A stretch of DNA of 64,000 bases, taken from the NCBI GenBank assembly GCA_949358305.1, contig OX442314.1, positions 24,614,001-24,678,000 on the forward strand. The letters run 5' to 3'. Each line of letters starts with the position of its first letter. The stretch's first letter is position 1. This document shows, in pieces, positions 27,909-39,994 of this stretch. The notes under the pieces were generated by a model that saw only the letters and a list, made by a program, of their open reading frames with translations, was not told where the DNA came from and ran no database searches. The stretch is from Strigamia acuminata. Taxonomy: Eukaryota. The translations under genes and the position numbers were made by a program.

Positions 27909-28486
27909 CCGTATTGTACCGATTAAGAGTCGCTCTCGAATTGTAGCCGCCCTTAAATAGTAGCCGCGGCTGAGACACCAAAAATACCGTATTTTTGCAA
28001 AAGTATGGTATTGTTTCCGTATTTATCTCACGAACGATAAACATAAGCTTCATTCGTGACGCTCACAAGGGGAACACATGTATAAGATACTCACAGATTG
28101 TTGCAATATTAAACGTGAAGAATTGTTATATCATGCTGAATGAGATCCTAAAATAATTTCATTCCATAAACAGCCAACAATGTGAGTAATGAGCTCAAAG
28201 TTAGCACTATTTTGTCTGTGTATACATCCAATCTGAGCAATCAGGCCTAGTGTATGAATACTGTAAACAACAGTTGCTAGGTAAAAAATAGTTCCAAGAT
28301 CCAGGTTGAATTTTATCATTTGATATTCAATGATGTCATTTCATCGTTTGAGATTCAATGTGTTCCCCTTGTCAGACTTCGTTTGTTACATTAAACAAAT
28401 GTAACAAACGAAAAACCGAAATTGTAATAGCTGACAAAAATGGCAGTTTTGAATAAGAGCTGCGGCTCTTAATCGATAAAATACGG
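27909..28486. mobile_element. TA-flanked MITE carrying a nested 306-bp insertion
   Basis: TA|CCGTATTGTACCGATTAAGAG ... CTCTTAATCGATAAAATACGG|TA. An inverted, insertion-free paralogue lies at 63339-63570. Confidence 0.85.
28066..28371. mobile_element. 306-bp MITE with 14-bp TIR CAAGGGGAACACAT and TCA TSD
   Basis: Perfect TIRs. TCA at 28063-28065 and 28372-28374. Absent from the paralogous host copy at about 63475. Confidence 0.85.
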
Positions 28487-31400
28487 TACATAAATCACGC
28501 CGTATGTTAAAATTTCTTTAAAAAAAGAAATATTATACGAAATGCAAGACTATTTCTCAATGTCAAGCCTCTGCAATCACTTTGAAAACCAAAATTTTTT
28601 TATCATGTAAACTCTCCCTTTAATTGATGCAAACCGGTGTCGCTAAAAGGATTAGGAAAACTGAGCGATCGATAAAGTTCAGGCGATAAATCAAGCGGGG
28701 TCGTTGAAGGGAAGAAACAGGAAAGAAGACAACTACTATAACCCATTAGATTTGAAGTGATTTCAAAAATGCACACAAGTTTCGGCAAGGCACGAAAAGG
28801 TCGGCACACATTAATCAGTCACGGTGCTCGTGTTTATTAACATTTTACGAGTGAAACACAACTCAACTCGCACACACGACGAGTTCATACGTATGCAACA
28901 AAGTACACTTTTAATATTGCATGAAAACTTGATATTACACGAGCTGAATTCGCAATATTCGACACGGAGACACGAACCAGGATTAAAAAGGCATCTTAAA
29001 CGCGGATCCGCACAATTTACTGCGTCGTATAAAACTTCATTCCATAAGTGTCCGATAAAGCAAAAATAAAAAAAAAATAAAAAAAAATAAACCAAACCCA
29101 CGTTTTGCGTGCACGATTCGACCGGTTTCAGAAACAGATCGAGGAAAGGAATCGATACGAATTTGTCGGTACCGATCGAGAGCTACACCTCCACGCTGAT
29201 TGGAGGTAATGTTGCGTGCATCGGTCAGGAGCTGGTCGAGTGCAAAGCTGGGTAATGACCACCGACGTACGTAAACAACAAACACCGCTCTTTAAGTAGC
29301 AAACACTAAAATTCGATTACGTGATTGTGTGCCACCTTATTTAAAAAACAAATTTTTTTTTTATTTCTTTTATTTTTTTTTTTCAGGTACAAAAAAATAC
29401 AAAGCGATGCAAATTTCCACTAAAAAAGGATTTGGTTCGGAGTGGGATTTGAAAGGAATTTGCAGCAACTTTTTGCATAGAAAACGCATGATGAATGCGC
29501 ATGGCACCATAATGGAATGTGTTAAAGTGTAGGTGCACATTGCAAGCAGCCACACTGCATTCCTCGGCTCTAGTGCTTATTGCACCCTTGCTACCCGGGG
29601 TTAGGCAAAATAATTTTTCGCATCGGATCCACCGTCGAAGCGTGTCGTTTGCTGCCAAATTCACGCTCTCGATAAGACTTTAATACGTTAAGATGAGCTC
29701 CCGGTCATTCATAGCACGTTCGAGAAAAACATAAAATCGTCTTCCTCTACCACGGATATATCGACCGAACCAGAATGCCAAATTGTATCTAAATATTCCA
29801 ATCCTTCTTCTACACATACCTATTGTACTTATTTATACTTACGCCTTTTATTACGGACTTGAAGCAGTATTAGTTTAGCTAATTGCGGCCAAACGTAACT
29901 AGATCATCCCTCTTTCCTTTCCCGAATCAAACACCTTTTTTTGTCGGTGCAACTACTAATTAACACGAAAGGTAATTGACTCTTGCAAGGTGCATGATGT
30001 TGACTTTGCCACAAGCCAACTGGTCAGCTAAGCAAGAGAAAAGCAGCGACCACTTATTACTGGAATAGAAAAAATCCTTAAAGTTTTCCTTTTAACTCGA
30101 ACTGAAATAATAATACTTACACCAACTATTATAATTACGTAATTTATATTCCAACACGTTTAATTAATATAGCAGTTCGGTTCAATGTTGAAATTCCAAA
30201 GAACAATGGCAAATTGTTATTATTATTTCTAACATTTACTTTGTGCTATACATTACAAGCTTATTCCTTCCTTTTGCCATCTATCATTGTCTATTCCTAC
30301 TCCTAAGCCTTTTTCTGTTTGGTTTATGTTGAATAAAACCCATCTGTAGTGTTCATTTACATATTGAATGCATCACAGTTGAGCCCTTCACAGAGCATAA
30401 GAGGATGCATTGTTGGAACCTTGCAGTCAAGCCCCTTTTACAGCGTAAGGAGTTTTCCCGACACATCGATTGGCTCTCAGCTGTCATATGATCGCTGAGA
30501 TCCACACAGAGAAAGAATGAAGACCTCTCGATTTTAGTATATAGATCAGTAGTTCGCAGTTCGGCACCCCTTAGATTCTCAAAACATTTTTTCGCATCAC
30601 TACAGTTTACGTTCGCTATTTTGATGCTAAATTCGTACTGCGCATCCTATTCTGCGCACCGATTTCCTAAAGTCGTTACTTTAGTGAAGTCTACAGTTTT
30701 TAAAGTTATTATGCCTAATAATTAAGGCCCAGATACATGCATAAACGCGTAGGAATTATTTTTATTCAATAAAAAGCTGAAATTGGCCATAAATGCATAT
30801 TTTTCAAAAATCAGAAATAAATGCATAAATCGCCATCTTTCCCGGAAAAAACAGCCATTTGTTTCTTTTTTTAACGACACGTAACATGTACGTATGCTTG
30901 CGTTCGGAAAACTGAGGACTTCGCCAAAAACAGACACCAGGTTTTAAGAAATAAACAAATAAAAAAATAGAAAAAAATAGAAAAAGAGAAAAAAATGATT
31001 GTTACAATAAATTAAATAAACAATAATAAAATCATTAACCAAAAGTAATTATTCCAATGCAAGATAAAATAGCTCTTACTGCAATAAAAAACTATTCATT
31101 GTTATTATTTTTTTCTAAACTTCAAGCTTGGTCTTTAGAAATGCTACTTTTACCCAAAAAACAAGACCGCAGCTAAAATCCTAATTTATTTATTAATTTA
31201 AATCCCCATTGTACCAATTTTAAAAAATACTCACAAAGTATTTATTTTCGAAAGAGGATGTACTCTGGTCGCCCCATAAAAAAACTATCAACACATTGTA
31301 GCAAACTTCATGTTTACACAACAAACCACGGAATTACTGACCGTTAATACACTTCCCGGAACCACCGCTAAAAGAGATATCTCAGTAAGCCAGGGATAAA

Positions 31401-31958
31401 CAATGATGTTCGTATCGAGTTTATCACTTTCATCCCATTCATGGTTTCACGACTTTCCACACATGCAATTTCATTACAAATCATCACTACATCAGTATCT
31501 TAACAACTTTGTTGACAAAGCTTTGAAACAATAGTTAATTACAAGATAGATCCACAGAGGAAACACGTGTTAAATGGATTCCATTTTATCGTGTCTGAGC
31601 TTCATATTTTAAGTCAGGTTTGTAATATATCGATTTTTTGGTATTCTGAGTATTCTAATTATTTTAATGATGGCTATCGATTGTATTCTAAAATCTAAAT
31701 AAACATTCAAGCATACCTAATAACACTCATCAATGGACAATTTAATTACACACGCTATGACAATTATTGAAAGAATGTTTAAATAATAACTTTGAATTAA
31801 ATACTATAATTTTCATATTTAAATTCATACTGTATGATTTATTGGATGAAATTGCTCAAATTTCCAGATTGAAACACTAAATTCCATTTCTTTTAATTGT
31901 TTATTACATGCAAGTAAATAGTGCTATTGGCCATTATTTTACTTCTAAAAATCATGTA

Positions 31959-32753
31959 CAACCCCTGGCAAATAGTATCGAATAATTTTTTCCCAGCACT
32001 CATCTTCTCACTTTGGTTGGCCATAACTAAGAAAAAAAAAGGTGATGGCAATAAACTGTTGAAAAATTTAGAAACTACACTTTATTTGAAATAAAACAGC
32101 GTTTTGAGATGAGACAATAGTTGCATTCAATATCAATAAAGAGAAGTGACTTCTCTTTAAGTTAATTAAATAAGTCATTTGAAAGAAGTGACTTATGTTT
32201 GAACGCCCTTAAAATGGAAGAAAACACGAAGAAAATTTGTCAACAAGCGTGCGGCCGCAGCAAATTTCAATCTCGCATTCGTCAAAAAAAAATATGTGCT
32301 CTAAAATTCTAAAAACCACATGCATCTCTTTTTCTTGTGTTAATTGGAAGTTCATGTGGCTTTTAGAATTTTAGAGCACATATTTTTTTTGTTTTAGCCC
32401 ACATTGCGATGAAAGAATTAGATCGGAAAAGATGGCGGCCAAAAATTTCCAAAACGAGGCAAAACCAGGCGATATGCGCATGCGCACCATTATTTAAGTG
32501 ACTTATTCAGAAGAAGAAGTAACTATTTTTTCACTTCTTCTTACTTCACTTATTTGACTTCTTTCAAAACGACTTATCAGAGATATGACACAACAGTCGT
32601 CATATCCGGTTGTGAGAAGTCAAATAAGTGAAAGAAGTCACTTCTCCTTATTGATATTGAATGCACCTAATATCTTTTTATTTATCATAGAAAAATAAAA
32701 AAGGAAAATCAAGTGCTGGGAAAAAAGTATTTGATACTATTTGCCAGTGGTTG
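31959..32753. mobile_element. Tc1-like non-autonomous element with ~42-bp TIR CAACC(C/A)CTGGCAAATAGTATC and TA TSD
   Basis: TA|CAACCCCTGGCAAATAGTATCGAATAATTTTTTCCCAGCACT is inverted with AGTGCTGGGAAAAAAGTATTTGATACTATTTGCCAGTGGTTG|TA. Confidence 0.85.
32119..32668. mobile_element. Nested MITE AG(T/G)TGCATTCAATATCAATAA..., AAT TSD
   Basis: TIRs of about 36 bp with 2 mismatches. AAT at 32116-32118 and 32669-32671. Confidence 0.85.
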
Positions 32754-32849
32754 TACTAGTATTTCTTGTGTTCGTGTGTGCGCAGAAAGAGATTTTTCAG
32801 TGCGATTTTGACATCAAGATACAAGGCGCAGATTATAGTGAGTGTGCTG

Positions 32850-33142
32850 CGAGCTTGACACCTGGCAAGCACTCGCAGAAATTAAATTTTTTCCTTGATT
32901 CTGGTAGCCCTCTGCCAAGCACACAGTTCTGACGCACAAATTGAGAGTTGTGCCGCATCACCAGAGCTGATAACTCTATTTTGCCATTTCCACGACACTC
33001 AAGAGGCCGTGTCTGCCAACATGACAACTAAATCGGCAAAACCCCCAATTTGTACCTACAACATAATGAGCATTGGCAAAAGGCTACCAGAATCGCTCAC
33101 TACATTTGTGATTTGACTGGTGATGCCACGTGTCAAGTTTTC
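32850..33142. mobile_element. Degenerate foldback/MITE
   Basis: Two inverted pairs: CTTGACACCTGGCA / TGCCACGTGTCAAG and GATTCTGGTAGCC..TGCCAA / TTGGCA..GGCTACCAGAATC. Confidence 0.55.
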
Positions 33143-36100
33143 AGCCAGTTATAAGTTAACAACATTTACGATGGACAAAAAAATAATCGGACACCACTTT
33201 TGTGACGTGTGAAGTGTTCAGTTAATGGATTCGTATCGATGGTGTTGGATGTAACCCGAGTGGACTCGAGGAACGACCATTCGTGGTTAGCTTATTTGCA
33301 TAAGTGTTTATTCAAGGGTACGACATGTGGTGTTTTGAGTCCAATAAATCAGCAGATAACTCTTGAAAACAGGTTTGTAGTTGGAACGAAACAGGATACA
33401 TGTTCATCATTACAAGGTGAATACAAAAAGTAAAACTAAAGACACAAACACAATAGGCGCGCATTTTAACCGTGCCAACTAGTGGGAATTATAAACAACA
33501 GAAATCATCACACGACACATAGGTAGCGCTACAATCGGCAGCGCTACAAATTAACGTATTAACTATTAGAGTACGAGATACTCCTACGTGGATGCAGTTG
33601 AAAACAAAAATCCTCTTTGGTGAATAACGATTATAATACGCAATGTTTGTTTTTCTGCAAAGGCCTTTCGAGTTTCGACCTTTGTCGGTCATCCTCAGTT
33701 GTTACAATTGTAGAAAAACAAACATCGCGTAATGTAATTGTCATTTAAAAACAAATATTATTAATAGAAACTGCTCCTCTTTAGAAACGAATAGAGCTTG
33801 CCTAGAGCTTCTTATTAAAGCCATACCTTTGAAGAAAATCTTGAGTTTACCCTCTGAAATCGAACTAAACATCAACCGCCCCCCCTTCCCCACCTGACAA
33901 AACAAACGCAAAAAAAAGTGAAAAGTCTTGTCCAAAAAATAGATCGCAGTATGTCAAAAACGTAATAATATATTAATAATTAATTTGAGATGTCTAGTAT
34001 AGTAAAAATATGTCGAATAAACCACTGCATTGAAATCTACAATGTAGTCACACTGAGAGAAGAGTACAAAGCCAACTTTCGATCAAAGGTGCTATCGTGA
34101 AAGCAACTGTCACCTACCTGCAACTCAAAGCAGATAAAAGGTGCCCATCACGGATGACAGGCTACAAACAACTCGTGACTTGTCTGTTTTCAGTTCCCTG
34201 GCCAGTTGCTATACTTCATACACTCTTGTCGAGGCTTACTGTTCAAAATAAACAGACAAAAATAAAGATAAACAACAACTTGATTCAATTCTTTATCTCT
34301 ATCTTTCTTCACCAATTTAATTTCGTAGATCAAACAATCAATTAAAGGATTAAACAACTAAAATAAAATATAATTTTCATAACTTTGCAATTATAAAATG
34401 AAATTATCTGGTTTCGAAAATATCCTCACTGTGTGTGTACTGTGTAAATGGAATTATTAGATTTTGACAAATATTGCGCCATGATCATGAATCATGAAAT
34501 TTTAGGCCTCCTGCAGAGAATCAAGCGCTTTACTGTATATAGATAGAAGATTTCATTCGATTTGACCCACGCAATATTGTTACATGGCCATCTTCTGCTG
34601 AAAATAATAAATGCTCACCTGTGGCCTAAGTTCCACATGTTTTATGCATTACAGTTAGACACTTCTTATTCCATTTAGTCCCTTGAAACCACTCATAAAA
34701 TAACAAGTTAGAATTTTTTTTTACTCTACGGTACAACAGCTTTAAGATTTTGAAAATTGATTCTATTTTTCTTCTTTAAATTAATAATTGTTTCTAAAAC
34801 TTCAACAACGAGTAATTTAGAATTTAAATTTAGTTCTCGAATGAAGACAATTCGATCCTTTGACTAAAATTCAACAAATAGTCAATGATGTCGAGTTGGA
34901 TATTCAAAAGTAAAAAAAAATCTTAATAATATATCCAATCCACAGTTCATTTTTAAGATATCCCACTTGCACGAACATATCCTCCATGGACATCTATTGA
35001 AAATCCCTAATTGACCCAGGCGTCATAAGCAATTCAGATACAAATATGATATCCCCTGGCAATGATATCAAAGTGCTGCGGAAGATCAACAAACTGAGTG
35101 CAGTTGACCTTTAGGAAAAGAGTAATTTGGTGGAGTATAGGACAGCAAGCAGGAGATCTACGATTTTTTGAAAAGTTAATTACTGTAAATGCTCTCATTG
35201 AGCGCGAAATGCTAATTGAACGCACTATCCTTTACAATGTATGGCTAAATTGACCAAAACGACTGAATTCAATATCTAGATTAACCAAAACAACTGAATT
35301 CAATGTCTAAATTGACCAAAACGACTAAATTCAACATCTAAATTAATCAAAACAACTGAATTCAATGTCTAACTTAATCAAGAACACTAAAATTAACGTT
35401 TAAAATTGACCTAACCAATTTAATTCAATATCTAAATCTTGGTTCTGTCAATAGAGCGCGAGTGTTCCAAGAAAGGATTTACGATAACTAATTTTCATTA
35501 ATTTCTAGCCACTTTTTACAGAATAAATAAAGAAATAAATAAATAAATAAATAAATAAATAAAATGTTTTGATATATCCACCTCTAAACCGATTCCAATT
35601 ATTCCCTTTAATTTCTTTACAATAAAAAAAAACTCTACATCAATAATTAAGACACCATTCCAATGGTCCAAGTCCACGAGCCACATCTTAACCCATGACC
35701 GAAGCAACACCAACAGCTCTATATTAATATCACGCGAGCGATGATAGGTTAACACGACCTGGGCCAACTGCGCTTTGTTGCACCAGCCCGATAAATCACC
35801 GACAATATTTATAATTAATAACCACGCTCACCCTTAATTCATTCGCCGTTATGCTAATGCTCCTTTATTCCGCTCGAGAAATTCATTTTTCACGTCCGGC
35901 CTACAAATACCAACAACCGCCACATTTTATTCTTTTTTTCCCCTTCTTTCTTCGCCGTGAAAATATATTCGCATAAATTTAATACCTTTACTCGACGTAC
36001 TAAAGCATTTAAAAGTTTTTCTTCGCTTTTTTTTCAAACCCTTCTTCCCATTTTTTCTACATGACCACCTGAGTTCAAACTTCTCTTCACAGCATCAATT

Positions 36101-36523
36101 TTAATCCTCTCATTTCTTTCTGTGGGTGCCGAACTGGCAGATGGGGTTTGCACTGCTCAAGCGCAAATTCCGAGTTCCAGAAGCACAAATTGGTTATCGT
36201 ATCGTGCAGGTGCGCTCCGCTCCAATTATAGATAACAATTAATGAGCAGTATGGTTGGTATACTATGCGCGTGCCGATACAGAAATAAGTAAGCGAGAGG
36301 GAAAAGTGAGATTACAGCAAACATAAATTCTAGAAAATCTGCTATTAATTAATGGCTCAAATATAAAATTATCAAATAAAAAAGTTGCAAAACTTTTCAA
36401 TCATACATATAATACACTTCGTGCCGAGTTATTAATTCGTGAGCTGTCTATCGTGTAGCAAGACTTACATTTACGAAGTAGTAACCGCATTCAATAAGGA
36501 ATTAACACAACACAGGAATTATC

Positions 36524-37375
36524 GTATTACTACACTTTAAGCCGCATGCCGGTGTAAGTAAGTTTGAGTTTTACCGGCATATCATTTTAACCCTTGGAGG
36601 CATAAGGCTATACGGATTTATGAACAAGCTCTTTCTTGAATAGGAAATTTATTTTTTCCTATCCATTTTTTTTGCTGAACCTTAACTCAGGTGAAATTTT
36701 AAGTCATTGGTCATTTATTTAATTAATTATGCTAAATGCAAATTTTCTGCCCCTTAAAACTCCAGCAAAACTATCATGCTGGCTTTGCTGCCTAAGAAAG
36801 AGCGCTTCAGGAAACAGCTTTTCGCATGAACCAGTAGTGTTTAAACCAACCACTAGTTGGTAAAAAAAATATATTTTTTCACTGTTCATAACTAGCGCCC
36901 TCTAGAAAATTAGTTGCGAACTTTCAAAAATCAAAACGGCGCTTTAACTAATTGACCTGAAAATTGTCCATAAATCCGTAATGCCTTATACCAGAACGGC
37001 ACATTTTACCCTTATGCCTCCGAGGGTTAAGTGAAAACGAATTTTTTTAAATGAGAATTGAACCAAAACATGCCCAAAATGTAGGAAATTGGCCTAAATT
37101 TCTATAAACGCACCCAAATTTAAATAATAACCTTTAGAATATCAAGAATACTCACATTTCTGGCCCAAATTCCAATATAATTATTAATCTGGGCTCTTTT
37201 AATTAAAAATACAAAAAAACAGCCTTTTCACTCATACCGGCATGTTTCACGTCATACCAGCATGCCAGTATAAGCTTTGTATCTGGAATTTTCAAAAGTT
37301 GGTACTTGTAATCCCATGTACAATTTATTTTGGCCAAAATTATACAGTGGCATGCGGCTTAAAGCGAGGTAATAC
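36524..37375. mobile_element. MITE with TIR GTATTAC...CTTTAAGCCGCATGCC hosting a piggyBac-like insertion
   Basis: Inverted match between 36524-36550 and 37349-37375. Exact ends are uncertain. Confidence 0.7.
36591..37026. mobile_element. piggyBac-type MITE (TTAA TSD)
   Basis: TTAA|CCCTTGGAGGCATAAGG ... CCTTATGCCTCCGAGGG|TTAA. Confidence 0.85.
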
Positions 37376-37727
37376 ACAACTGAACTAGAGACCAACCAAC
37401 CAATGGGAGTATTTCAAGTACTTTTTGGAATAGAGTTTTAGTATAATCGCATACACTAGCTGTGTGGATCTTGACGTAATTACTTTTCAGTGTTTAACCT
37501 GAATAAAATTGATGCAACCGCACGAGTTGAGTTTGAAAAAGTAACTCACTCTTTATTCTGTTTTTTTTTTTTTTTACATAAGAGGTCATTCTTCTCCATA
37601 TTCCAATGACGTATTAAAAGGGTGCATTGACTCCTGTGGTCAAGAACGCGACTTAGAGGCAACACTTAATTAAAAACACTCCAGTTTTCATAGTAACTCG
37701 TGCTGCAAGATAGCTCAAGTATTAACA

Positions 37728-37890
37728 CAAGATTCTCGTGTCCCAAAATTGCCTGAAAACTCGATAAAACTCGTGGCACCACCTTAAAACGACCCTTTGG
37801 AGGTCATGTTATTTTTGTCGTGCCACAAGGGTCAAAATGAGATTTTACAAGTGATTCTCGTGTTAAATCTCGGAACACGATCGTGTTGTG
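37728..37890 (+). repeat. Dispersed repeat fragment, with a paralogue at ~59280-59425
   Basis: Both copies share GATTCTC..AAACTC..GGCAC..TTAAAACGACC..GTGCCAC..GGGTCAAAAT..GATTCTCGTGTTAAATCTC. Confidence 0.75.
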
Positions 37891-37964
37891 TCTTATTTGT
37901 AAATCGGTCACACGGTTACATTTTCAATGGGCTGCTAGTACTTTTGTTTCCACAATCTTTAATG

Positions 37965-38148
37965 CTGTCGAGCCTCGTTATAACGAATCGCAAGAAACCC
38001 GAAAAATCGGTTCGTTGTAACAAAAGTTCGCTGTATCAAATTTTTTAACATGGTGTTCTATGGCCAACCAACCAACCAATCCATTTTTAAGTATTCGCTA
38101 TATCGCAAAATTCGTTACATCGCGTTTCGTTATAACGAGGTTCAACTG
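37965..38148. mobile_element. pogo/Tigger-like MITE (184 bp)
   Basis: CTGTCGAGCCTCGTTATAACGAA is inverted with TTCGTTATAACGAGGTTCAACTG. Confidence 0.75.
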
Positions 38149-38183
38149 AACTCAACTTCCGACATTAGCACTCCTTCCGACGA

Positions 38184-39036
38184 TACTCCAAACCGATACA
38201 ACGTTGTCCAAACTTCTATTGGTTGGGCCGGATTACGCCTAACTGTGGACTGTGCTCAATTACGCAGAAAAGTAGTGCTGTTTATTTTAAATGAATTTCA
38301 GTGTAAAATGTGATAAGAATGATGGATTTTATTTAACCTTCCCATAGCCATGGTGGGTCAGAAAAATAACAAAAGTAGTAAAATAACTATAACTTTTTTT
38401 TCCCTGAAAATTAATTTAGGGGACCAGCTTTAATTCCTCCAAAAATATTTTTTATAAATTTATAATAACAAAGTTCTAATGTTATTTCGATTAGGAATAA
38501 GTTAAACCAATAATAATTATAATATTTACAACCTAAAACACCATTACGTGAGCGCCTTACACTGTTTTGCCACTTTTTAGCACTAGGCGGTATATTGAAA
38601 CGATTCTGCACATGTGCACAATCTTACTTTTCCAGGTGCAATCGCATTTTTTCTGGTTTGAGCACATTAAAACATGTGCTGAGGCCAGGAAAAATGCGAT
38701 TGCACCTGGAGAAATAAGATTCTGCACATGCGCAGAAGCATTTTAAAAGAAGGCCGATTTGACCGACCACAGCTAGCAGTGGTGGAAATTAGGCTTGGCT
38801 ATGGGAAGGTTAATTGGTAATAAAATATTTATTTAATTTGCTAAATCTGCTTCTTCTTCTTTTAATCAATCAAACAATGTTAGCATAGTTTGTTGGTTTC
38901 TTTTGGCAGATAAATAAAAGCTTAGTTTTTTATTGGTTGTTTTGCCTAGTTAGATTACAATTCTGGTGTCATGGGCTACTTTTGTGAGACGGCTTAACCA
39001 ATAGGAATTAGGACAACATTGTATCGGTTTGGAATA
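38184..39036. mobile_element. Mariner-type MITE (TA(C/T)TCCAAACCGATACAA TIR) with a nested piggyBac-like element
   Basis: TIRs at both ends. Inverted paralogue at 49318-49844. Confidence 0.85.
38337..38809. mobile_element. piggyBac-type MITE (473 bp, TTAA TSD)
   Basis: TTAA|CCTTCCCATAGCCA ... TGGCTATGGGAAGG|TTAA. The paralogous host copy has a single TTAA at this site (about 49550). Confidence 0.9.
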
Positions 39037-39566
39037 TAGACAGAATGCAGAAAAGTAATCGAATAAGGATTTTTTCATTTCCCATTCTTAGCAATTAGAT
39101 TCAATAAGACCTGAAAACAAGTCTTAAGACTTTCTTTGAACAAGATTTTTGAATTTTATCTTCCAGTGTACACAAAACGCAATTAATTCTTATTATTTTT
39201 CTTTTGTTAGACTCAAGTGGAAGATTAATCTTTTCCGGCTGAACATCTACGACCGAATATTTTGTTTGAATCTCCTTATAGGTAGGTAGTCGACGTTTTC
39301 CATTCCGATGTTTTCTTTTCTTTTTCCCTTTTATTATTTTTTTAAGTAATCCATTTAAATCGTTCCGGCGTGAGTTTTCACTTTGCAAACTTTGGCCTCT
39401 TTAGCAAATTGGCACTTTCTCTTGCTAGGAAATTTGATTATTAGCCGAAACGAAAGGAGTTGCCGGCCGCTGCAATATTGCATTTTGAATTCATTTCTTT
39501 TCCCTTCTTAAAAAAAAAAAAAAAAAAAAAACTTGGCCCGTTTCATTTTTATACCAAACTAACGTC

Positions 39567-39895
39567 TGTGAAAACTGGCGTTGTTAGAAGTAACAAGGTC
39601 GCACGAGTTCGAGGGAAAGAGCACGGCGCAGCACAGAGAAGCCAACCTGCAGGAGGTGTTTTTGAGTGATATTGGATGACGCGTGACCGGAAGTGCTGTA
39701 AAAGTGTCATAAATTATCTTGTTTCACCCTTTGTTCCCCTGAATTTGTACTTGTGACCCCCAGAAATTACAATAAACTTGTTCTTAACCCAAAAAAGACA
39801 TGCTTTATTTCGAGAATTCATAAAAGTTAGAAAAGTAGTAAATTTACACAGTTTTAGTCAAAATTAGTTACAAATCGACTTTGCGAATCTTCAAA
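39567..39895 (+). repeat. 5' LTR (329 bp)
   Basis: Runs TGTGAAAACTGGCG...GAATCTTCAAA. No differences from the 3' copy seen by eye. AATAAA at 39771-39776. ETS-type ACCGGAAGTG near 39687. Confidence 0.95.
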
Positions 39896-39913
39896 TGGTG
39901 CCGAAACCCGGGA
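39896..39913 (+). other. Primer-binding site complementary to the 3' end of tRNA-Phe
   Basis: TGGTGCCGAAACCCGGGA is the reverse complement of the conserved metazoan tRNA-Phe(GAA) 3' end UCCCGGGUUUCGGCACCA (18/18). It directly abuts the 5' LTR. Confidence 0.93.
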
Positions 39914-39994
39914 AAATCAGTGAATCCGGACAGAAATAAGTAGAAAACAGCATCGTAAAGCCGACCACGCCGAATTTTGACCGAAAATTTCAAA

